DNA of 26,718 nucleotides from Zygnema circumcarinatum SAG 698-1b (Eukaryota; Plantae; Zygnematophyceae): NCBI GenBank assembly GCA_037447605.1, contig JBBHKD010000018.1, positions 1 to 26,718 of the forward strand, read 5' to 3'. Shown piece by piece: positions 10,646 to 18,953 of this stretch (position 1 is its first letter; each line of letters starts with the position of its first letter). The notes under the pieces were generated by a model. It saw only the letters and a program-made list of their open reading frames with translations, ran no database searches and was not told where the DNA came from. The position numbers and the translations under genes were made by a program.

Positions 10646-10775
10646 TGTAACGAACCTGCCTGCAGCAGGGTTCGAACTCAGGACCTCCCGGTACCCACAC
10701 CAGTGCTTTACCAGTAAAAGGCAACCGCGGATGTAAGTACTCGGCCATACAACCCATGTATAGCGTTTCGCTACA
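10646..10775 (-). repeat. TRIM 5' LTR (130 bp)
   Basis: Followed on the minus strand by T and the iMet PBS. Confidence 0.97.
10656..10728 (-). promoter_or_regulatory. tRNA-like Pol III type-2 promoter (A/B box) in the TRIM LTR (second copy at ~10316-10388)
   Basis: Minus strand reads ...TTTTA(A/C)TGGTAAAGCA...GAGGTCCTGAGTTCGAACCC. D-loop-like TGGTAAAGC and B box GTTCGAACC, with 35 nt from G18 to G53 as in a canonical tRNA. Confidence 0.7.
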
Positions 10776-11392
10776 CGCACCAGTTTTGCGCGGCTGTTCG
10801 ACCGTGTCCGCCCGCGGGGGACGGGTAGGCCCTGCACCATCTGTAGACCCAGCGTCAGTTTGAACCGCAGCTGCAAACATCTGCTCATCATCCATAGGTC
10901 CCCAAGGTTCCAGGGTACGAGGATTCAGCCGAAGCTGTTTCCGAACGTTCGGCTTCAGGCCATGACTGAACCTGAAGAAGAACTCTTCGTTTGTTGGCTG
11001 ACACTTGGTAATTTGCGCCCACGCGCCACGCAATTCCCGGAGGAATTCAGCCACGCTTCCAGTCTGCGTAAGCGACTGGAACCTGTCCCGAGCCGCAGCA
11101 CTGGGATCCAGGATTCCAAAATGTTTGAGAAGTTCAGACTCGAACTTCTCAAAGTCATCCCCGATGATTGCTGCCCGGCTGGAGTACACACTCCAAGCAG
11201 CGCCCCGCAGGGCGGGTGACGCAAAATTCACCCATTGATTGATAGGGCATTGGGTGGCCCGCAGGTACCCCCGCGCCTGCCCCATCCAATGCTCAATCGA
11301 GGTTTCAGAACTAGACCGACCCCCCCACAGGGAGATTGGAGGGACCTTCGCCCGATTTCTTGGGGGAAGGTCCGTCACAGCCGGGGCAGACC
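10776..11392 (-). pseudogene. gag: Gypsy gag N-terminal/capsid part (true start lost in gap 11393-11402)
   Basis: SIEHWMGQARGYL...WVNFASPALRGAAWSVY...FEKFESELLKHF...AARDRFQSLTQTGSVAEFLREL...FFFRFSHGLKPNVR, a retrotransposon gag pattern. Confidence 0.9.
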
Positions 11393-11402
11393 NNNNNNNN
11401 NN

Positions 11403-11576
11403 TACGGCCGACCTGCACGATCCAAAAGAGATCCTTTGCCCGCCACAAGGATCGAGCCCAAGACCTCCTGCGGTCTTGGCAGCGTCCTAACCTATCCGCT
11501 AGGCGCTGAGATGAAGGGATAGTCATAGTATCACTATGAGTACGCCTCCAGGGTCACGCTGTAGCGTTACGCTACA
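11403..11576 (-). repeat. Visible U3-side part of the gypsy 5' LTR
   Basis: Starts TGTAGCGTAACGCTACA on the minus strand at 11576, next to TSD CAAAG. The rest of the LTR and the PBS are in the gap. Confidence 0.85.
11438..11508 (-). promoter_or_regulatory. Degenerate tRNA-like A/B-box cassette in the gypsy LTR, followed by TTTT (11424-11427)
   Basis: Minus strand reads CGCC-TAGCGGATAGGTTAGGACG-CTGC-CAAGACC-GCAG-GAGGTCTTGGGCTCGATCC-TTGT-GGCG. A-box-like TAGCGGATAGG, B-box-like GGCTCGATCC, 35-nt G18-G53 spacing, 4-bp acceptor pairing in register. Confidence 0.55.
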
Positions 11577-12756
11577 CAAAGCCCTGACGCAGATTGTTAT
11601 GAGCGTAAGAGGAAGTCCATCCTCTATGCTGTATGATCTGAAAACCTCTCATGCTATGTGGAAGTGTCTAGAGGAGATGTATGATGTGAAAGACAATGTG
11701 ACTATAGTCAGTCTTTACACTCAGCTAGGCAAGATGAAGATGACTTCAGAGGAGAAACTAGAAGCTTATATGGTCAGATTTGATGCATTGATAGAGAGGT
11801 TCATAGCCTTAGGGAAACCGTTAGATGCAGACCATAAGATAAGCCAGTTTCTAGGGGGTTTGCTCGGGAGATTCGAAGTTTCAGTGGCAGCCTTGAGGAC
11901 AGTTCTGACTAATACCTCTATGACGCTTGAACAAGTTAAGCGTAGGATAAAGGAGGAGGATTCGATTCAGGATGTCGGCGGCCACGAAGAGAAGGTGCTC
12001 GCGTTGCACACTCGACCGAATCGAAGAGGAGGAGGCGCCCCGAAGTCNNNNNNNNNNTTTTGTGGGAAGGATTCAGGCAGAGGACCTGAAGCGGCCGTGG
12101 CTGATTGACTCCGGCGCATCCACACATATGTGCGGGGACACATCGATGTTCTCCAAGCTCGACACCTTGGAGCAGACTCGCTCAGTTCATTCAGCAACCG
12201 GTGAAGGAGTCACCGTGACGAGAGGTGGAGCCGTGAGGATGGTCCTCGGAGACGGCTCAGTCATCAATGAAGACGATGTTCAGGAGAAACTGCTCATTGG
12301 TGATGTTCTTCACACCCCCCAGGCCTCATGCAGAATTTCATGTCTGTGAGCCAAGTGTGCAAGAAGGGATACAGTGTTCTGTTTGAGGAGAAGTCATGCG
12401 TGGCTATCCACTCAGAAACNNNNNNNNNNCAGATCTTTGAAGGAGTTGCTACAGGCAAATTTCAAAATGTCAGATCTGGGAGAGGCGCAGTATCTGCTGG
12501 GAATGCAGCTGAAGAGGGGGCAGGATGGAAGCTTGTTTCTATGTCAAAGGAAGTATGCTTCAGATGTGCTTGCCCGTTTTCGAATGGAGGATGCTAGGCC
12601 GTGTTCCAGCCCCATGGAGATCGGCACTAGGCTTTCGAAGGAGATGTCACCTTCGTCGGATGCGGAGGCACAAAAGATGTTCGGAGTGCCATACAGATCC
12701 GCGATTGGGAGTCTAATGTACTTGATGATCGGAACGCGTCCGGACTTGGCGAAAGC
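11577..12756 (+). pseudogene. pol: Continuation of outer copia-A: gag, protease region, RT fragment (gapped, one C-homopolymer frameshift near 12320)
   Basis: KALTQIVMSVRGSPSSMLYDLKTSHAMWKCLEEMY; WLIDSGASTHMCGD; NFKMSDLGEAQYLLGMQL...YRSAIGSLMYLMIGTRPDLAK. Confidence 0.92.
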
Positions 12757-13749
12757 NNNNNNNNNNCAGAAATTACACTCGTTGAGATTTTGACACGCAA
12801 TCAAGAAAGTGTCAAGCAGGGTTTGTAGGACACTTATAGAGGAAGAGGAACATCTAGTTTGTTGGCTCATTGATGGAGTAGGTGAGCAGAGTTAAGACCC
12901 CAAAGGTGGAGTACAAGCGGAGGGTGCCGAGATGACGAAGCTAGAGGTGGCTTTGGAGGACCAGTCCTTGTACAAGGAGGCTGTTTAGCTTAAGAGGGGG
13001 TAGGTAAGGTGTTCAGGTTTGGCCTTTGCAGATGGTGCTAAGGAGAGCTTGTCCATGGGGGATGAGTTAGTTCATAGTGTGAGGTCCCAGGATCGTGTAG
13101 AGGAAGTTGTTGGAGGAGGAGGCACTTCATTTGGGAGGAGGCCTACAACAAATGGCAAGAGTACCACGAGGAAGATTCGGAGGACAGCTTTGAACGACCT
13201 CATGTTTATGAGGGGGTGAGCGGCAATGGAGAAGACGACATTTTGGATGTGTGAGTTGGGAGGAGAAGTTGGGACTTCTCGGGTTTACCTTTGGAGAATG
13301 ACTTTGCAGATGTTGAAGGTTCCAACCNNNNNNNNNNGCAGCCATTGTATGGGCGGTGTGTTGCTCCACATGAGGAGATCATTGAAGAAGCGTGGACTTG
13401 AGGAGCCGAGACCATGGAGGAGTTGAAGTGTTCTTGTAGGTGACGCGTTTAGTTTTCCGCTGTGCGCACCTGGCAAGGGGTGGATGGAAGGCAGTTCGTG
13501 GAGGAAGCGGCATGTGGCCCAAGTGGAAGATGAAGAAAGTTTTGAGCTTCATCCGGGCATGTATTTATCCCTTCCTTGAAGTCAGCTCGGCCCCTCCTTC
13601 TTTGCACCAACAAACGCTAAACCGCATCGGACGGATGCACATCCCATTAAGATCTAGGTCGGCGCACAGAGGGTTTACGCAGGCAAAATTAGCTGTCGCT
13701 ATTTCACTGGTGCGCGCCCACCGTACTCCGCAGTATTGGTTTGTAATGA

Positions 13750-14184
13750 GCGACGCTGACGGACATGTGTGTCACGTCACAGACGCCATATTATATAGTG
13801 CGTAGTTTTACTATGGGAAGCAATCCACCTACACTACTCTGTCATAGTCTCGGGTCTTACTCAGAACCTGCTTGTGCTCCTAGGCTGCCTACACTTGTGT
13901 CGTGAGGTAGTGAGTAAGAGGGACCTTGAAGTGGTGGGAGAACTTCATTGTGGGAAGACAGTTTTATTATAAGGAGTTTTAGAGCCGTGAGCTTTCTCCT
14001 AACACTCTCTCATTGTGATTTCCGCTATGCTTGTCTTGTAGCTTCATTCTGTTGTTATGGGCGATGAGTGAAGTAAGATAGAGCTTTGAGTGTTTGAATG
14101 TCTTCATCCGTGGGAACTCAAGTTCCAATGGAGGGCGACACCCGAGGTGGCGCCGGAAGTGGGGAGCAGACCCCTGCTTCAACA
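13750..14184 (+). repeat. Recognisable 3' half of copia-B 5' LTR (with TATA-like TATATA ~13792-13797)
   Basis: Closely matches 9760-10196 and the reverse complement of 18010-18411. The upstream part cannot be aligned by eye. Confidence 0.85.
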
Positions 14185-15004
14185 AGTGGTATCAGAGCCC
14201 AAGGTGGCGAGGAGGACCACGTGAAGTTCAGCATCCCAGCGTTCGATGGTTNNNNNNNNNNCGGCGGAGCAGCAGTCGGAGTTCGACACAGCGCTCGCCA
14301 GATGGAGGACCAAGGACAACAAGGCCCTCACCCAGATCGTCATGAGCGTGAGGGGAAGTCCCTCTTCCATGCTGTATGACCTTAAGACTTCACATGCTAT
14401 GTGGAGATGCTTAGAGGAGATGTATGACGTAAAGGATAACGTAACGATAGTCAGCCTTTACACGCAGCTTGGGAAAATGAAGATGTCCTCGGAAGAGAAG
14501 CTGAATGAATATATGGTCAGATCTGATACTCTAATGGAGAGATTCATAGCGCTGCAAAAACCGTTAGAGGGAGACCATAAAATCAGCCAGTTTCTAGGGG
14601 GACTGCCTGGCCGATTCGATGTAGCAGTTGCAGCTCTTAGGACTGTTCTAACAAACACCGTGATGACCCTTGAGCAAGTGAAACGGAGGATCAAGGAGGA
14701 GAACACTGTCCAAGACGTTGGAGGCACCGAGGAGAAGGTGTTGGCGCTGCACTCACGACAAGTTCGAAGAGGAGGTGCGCCGAGGGCAGACCGTGGGGAA
14801 CGCCCTACGGGAGCGTGTTACACGTGCGGCAAGACGGGCCACTTCTCGGCCGACTGTTACAAGAACAAGAACACCCAAGATCGGGTGGGGAGCATCGCCA
14901 TCCGGCCAAGAAGGGATTCAAGGAATCCGCTTCAAATGCAAGAAGCGAGGCCACAAGAGCACGGATTGCAGAGTGGCGGTGGAGACGAATCTCATGCTGA
15001 CTGA
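14128..15004 (+). CDS. gag: Copia-B gag starting inside the LTR; two CCHC zinc knuckles (second frameshifted as assembled); gap at 14252-14261
   Basis: MEGDTRGGAGSGEQTPAST-SGIRAQGGEEDHVKFSIPAFDG; ARWRTKDNKALTQIVMS...; CYTCGKTGHFSADC; FKCKKRGHKSTDC. Confidence 0.85.
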
Positions 15005-17989
15005 ACATTCTGTTTTTGTTGGGAAGATCCTGGTTACGGATCTGAAGCGGCCATGGCTGATCGACTCGGGCGCCTAATGACATGTGTGGCTACGTTTAAT
15101 GTTCTACGCCGACACCTTGAGAGGACCAGATCCGCTCACTGCAACCGAGAGGAGTGACGCTTACAAAGGAGTGAGTAGTAGTGATGATCCTGACGTCATT
15201 ACTGAAGAAGAAAGAGAAGAGCGGTTGTGCATCGGTGACGTACTTCACACCCCTGATCTGAAACAGAACTTCATGTCAGTCAGTCAAGTATGTAAGAGGG
15301 GGTACGAAGTCACCTTTAAGGAGAAGTCTTGCGTAGCTACTCACTTGGAGTCGGGGAAGCGGCTGTTTGAGGGGTACGAGAAGGGAGGCCTATATTACCT
15401 TCATTATAGGAGAGAAGAAGATGAGGGTGTGATGGCTGTAACTGAGGGTGCAGTAAATCTCTGGCATCGTAGACTTGGTCATCTAAACCATAGGGGACTG
15501 CAACAGCTTGCTACAAGGGGGCTGGTACGCGGGTTAGACATTGACATAGTTGAGAAGGAGCTAGGCTTTTGCAAAGAGTGTGTAGAGGGGAAGGCGCATC
15601 GGAGACCCTTTTCGAGGAGTGGAGAGGAGTCATTTCACGCGCAGGAGAAACTGGAATTGGTACATACCGATTTGTGTGGCCCCGTGACACCGGCAACGAG
15701 TGGAGGAGCTCGCTACTTCATCACCTTCCTTGATGATTTTTCGAGGAAAATTTGGGTGAAAATTCTCAAGTACAAGTCTGAAGCTTTCGGAGCTTTCAGA
15801 GATTGGCAGACTCAGATGGAGCGAGAGAGCGGTCAGAAACTGAAGACACTGCGCTCAGACAACGGAGGGGAATTCAAGTCGAAGGAGTTCGGCGGGTACT
15901 TGAAGGCTCGCGGAATAAGGCATGAATTATCTGCTCCTTACTCTCCTCAAAGTAATGGAGCCGCCGTGAGGGTCAATAGGACGCTGGGACATGGCACCTA
16001 ACCATGCCGATAGATTCCCCTTCTCGCATCTTTTTAGAGAGGCGGTGATGACCGCAACTTACCTTAGAAATAGATGCCCATCTTCTGTGCTTAAGGATCA
16101 GGTTCCTGAAGAGGTGTGGAGTGGGAGGAAACCCACGGTGTCCCACCTGAAGACCTTTGGAGCGCGCTACTGGTCGACAGTGCCGAAAGCGAGGCAGAAG
16201 AGAAAGTTCGACCCCCGAGCCGTGGAAGGGTACCTTCTCGGCTACAACATGGACAGTCGCACCTACCGGGTGTGGAACCCTCGAGCAAACGAAGTGCAGA
16301 GCTCGAGAGACGTTACGGTGGATGAGAAGGGGGCGGTGACTCGGCTAGGTGAGATCCGCACCCCAAAGGCGTGTTTGGAAATTGTGTACGCAGGATGTGG
16401 AGACCAGCTAAGAGGCGTGGACGCTTCGTGTCCCGTTTTCCGAGGAGATCAAAGACGCCAGAGAGCTGAGGGAGCCGAAAGCCTAAGCAACCGAACGCGG
16501 AGGCGGCCGTGGAGTTGAACTCGAGGAGCCTGAAGCGGGGAGCCGCGAACCGCCGACGCGAGACGCACTACTACACACTCACCGTCCGACGAGGAGAACT
16601 CCGCCGAAACTGCATCTTTGCATGGGCGTGGAGTCTGAGGATTCGGAGACGGCCGAGAAAGAGGCTAAGTGTTGTCGAAGCATGCCTCCCGGTTTGTCCC
16701 GGATTTCGGCCGAGGAGCCGGAGAGCGCAAGGACCTCGAGGAGCACCCTGCGTGAGGAGGCCCGATCACTACGTGCCTTCTCGCAGACCAACCTAGTACG
16801 AAAGAGTGGCCATGCATTCCGCCGACTTAGGAGCTGCCCAATCGCTTTAAGATCACCGAATCGCGAAACCTTTTGAGGAGGGCGCACGACAGGTCGATGG
16901 AGAGAAGTGGAGCATACAATCGACAAAATAACGGGACGCTTTGCCGAGAACGCACGTATACCTCCCAGGAGTCAGCCGAGGGAAGGCGGGCCATTGGATG
17001 CAAGTGGGTGTTCAAGGTGAAGCGAAGGCGACCGAGCGCCGACCGCTATGGAAGCTGCCCTGCGGGCGGCGGCTTTACCTGTGCGTACTCGGACCGACCA
17101 CACGGAGACCTTCGCCTCGCGGGTGAAGTTCAACTCCTCCGCGTCTCTAATAATATCGATCAAGTAGTCGTCAGGGGATGCACGCACATCAACTCGACAT
17201 CAAGACCGCTGTTTTCAGACGGAGGATTCCCCGCAGGAGATCTACATGGTACGTTCTCGAAGGGGAAAGTTTCGTCCCGGCAAGCATCTCGTTTGCTCCA
17301 CTTGTGAAAACCGGTGACGCGACCAAAACAGCGCCCGTGATTTGGTACGAGAAAATTGATGACCTCTTGAGGAGTAACGGATTTGCGCGATTCGAGACGG
17401 ATCATTCCGTCTACCGACAAGGGGAAGAGGCAGATCTCATGTACGTTGGGATCTACGTGGACGACCTCATAATGGTGAGCCTCTCATTGGAGAGAATCAA
17501 TGATTTGAAACAGCTTTTGGAAGCTAACTTCAAAATGTCGGATCTAGGGGAGGCACAGTATCTCCTAGGAATGCAGTTGAAGAGGGGGCAGGACGGCAGC
17601 TTATTTCTTTGTCAGAAGAAGTACGCCGCAGATGTACTTGCCAGGTTCAAAATGGAGGAGTGCCGCCCTTGCTCGAGTTCATGGAGATCTAACGCCATTG
17701 TTTAAAGATATGATGCCCGCTACGATGCGAGAGGTACGCGAGAATGTAATGGAGTGCCGTACGATCGGCACCAAATCGTGAGTTTAATGTATCCGATGAT
17801 GTATCGACCACTTTACAAAAGCCGCGTAGCCCAAGAAGTCGTTCATGGAGAACTCGTCCCTAACATTGGGAGGCCGCGAAGCTGATCTTCGCATTCCCAG
17901 TGGACCTTGGATTTCACGCCCGTGTTTGAGAGGGGGCTCACTAGAGTGATCGGATACACCCACTGTGATTGGGAGGTGACGCTGGACAC
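15005..17989 (+). pseudogene. pol: Copia-B pol (PR, IN, RT, start of RNase H), fragmented ORFs
   Basis: ORFs 15084-16001 (GAG-pre-integrase and integrase core), 15991-16518 (integrase C-terminus, KFDPRAVEGYLLGY) and 17178-17705 (RT). Confidence 0.9.
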
Positions 17990-18953
17990 TGCTGAAGCCG
18001 GGTTTGTTTCACTTCCGCGCTACCTCGGTGTCGCCTCCATTGGAACTTGAGTTCCCACGGATGAAGACATTCAAACACTCAAAGCTCTATCTTACTTCAC
18101 TCATCGCCCATAACAACAGAATGAAGCTACAAGACAAGCACAGCGGAAATCACAATGAGAGTGTGTTAGGAGAAAGCTCACGGCTCTAAAACTCCTTATA
18201 ATAAAACTGTCTTCCCACAATGAAGTTCTCCCACTACTTCAAGGTCCCTCTTACTCACTACCTCACGACACAAGTGTAGGCAGCCTAGCAGCACGAGCAG
18301 GCACAGAATAAGACCCGAGACTATGACAGAGTAGTGTGGGTGGGTTACTTCCCATAATAAAACTATGCACTATATAATATGGCGTCCGTGACGTGACACA
18401 CATGTCACGTCGCGTCCGCCATTGCAAAACCCTATGCACCGAAGTCCGGAAAGGGCGCACTCTCAGAATACGACCGGGCTAGTCAGCCAGAACCCACGCG
18501 CCGCTTCACTCCAGTTCTTGTCGCTCGCATAATCCGTCCGCATAAGATCGCCGCTTCGGCCAACCGCCTTTTCCCGCCACCGACACCTACCAAGAGCATT
18601 CTCAACCTCGCTGACCCAATATCATGAGTGGTCCACGCTGGGCGCATTCCGCCTGCCGCCAAATATCTTCTATGTCGTTTCCGCGCCGCAACTTTGCGCT
18701 CTGCGTTTCGCGCCCGCGCTGCGACCAATCAAAGTTGCGCGTCCGTTCTCCGCGCACATGTGTCAGCGCCGCGTCCAATCAGCGCCGCTCGTTCGTACTC
18801 CGCGCACTCGCGGCGCACTCACCTGAGTCAGAGCACCGACATTCCTAAATCTAAGAGCACTACGCCTAGCAGATCTCATGTTCTACAAACTGAGTACCAC
18901 AACAAGTTAGTGTGTGCCATACAATGTCTAACTATCATACACTAACACTAACA
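17990..18953 (-). repeat. Solo-type copia LTR with non-matching flanks
   Basis: Starts TGTTAGTGTTAG at 18953 (minus) and ends CTTCAGCA at 17990. No PBS or PPT adjacent. Flanks GACAC and CATGG differ. Confidence 0.85.

Larger units (their letters stand above)
10306..10775 (-). mobile_element. TRIM (terminal-repeat retrotransposon in miniature), 470 bp, non-coding, tRNA-like LTRs
   Basis: 130-bp direct repeats 10306-10435 and 10646-10775 with one mismatch (10374/10714), TG...CA termini. PBS TGGTATCAGAGC (minus, 10633-10644). PPT GGGTGGGGAGGAA (minus, 10436-10448). TSD CGCAC at 10301-10305 and 10776-10780. 210-bp internal region. Confidence 0.97.
740..11576 (-). mobile_element. Ty3/gypsy LTR retrotransposon (chromovirus-like RT), carrying two nested insertions
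   Basis: TG...CA termini. 5-bp TSD CAAAG at 735-739 and 11577-11581. Domain order on the minus strand is gag-PR-RT-(RH in gap)-IN, the gypsy order. Confidence 0.95.
68..12756 (+). mobile_element. Ty1/copia LTR retrotransposon (subfamily A), outermost element; interrupted in gag by the gypsy insertion 740-11576, internal parts lost in N gaps, 3' end not visible
   Basis: LTR end ...CCAACA (501) is followed by PBS TGGTATCAGAGC (504-515). Gag FDGQDYKAWRWRL...ARWKAKDNK breaks at 739 and resumes KALTQIVMSVRG at 11577. Copia protease WLIDSGASTHMC and RT C-terminal segment PYRSAIGSLMYLMIGTRPDLA follow. Confidence 0.9.
13750..17989 (+). mobile_element. Ty1/copia element (subfamily B); 5' LTR partly recognisable, truncated in RNase H by the LTR at 17990
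   Basis: LTR 3' half ends CTTCAACA (14184), then PBS TGGTATCAGAGC (14187-14198), gag, PR, IN (LWHRRLGH, CKECVEGK, LVHTDLCGP, LRSDNGGEF), RT (HQLDIKTA, YVDDLIMV) and the start of RNase H. Confidence 0.9.

Noticed and set aside
10306-10775. 130-bp direct repeats as a CRISPR array or tandem duplication
   Set aside because: Only two copies, with TG...CA ends, PBS, PPT and a TSD: these are LTRs.
10569-11378. 269-aa ORF as a complete novel protein
   Set aside because: It is gypsy gag read through into the TRIM LTR after ...PRKTGA. The C-terminal part is an insertion artefact.
11536-12108. 190-aa ORF starting MSTPPGSRCSVTLH as a real gene
   Set aside because: The N-terminus comes from the gypsy LTR fused at the TSD to copia gag.
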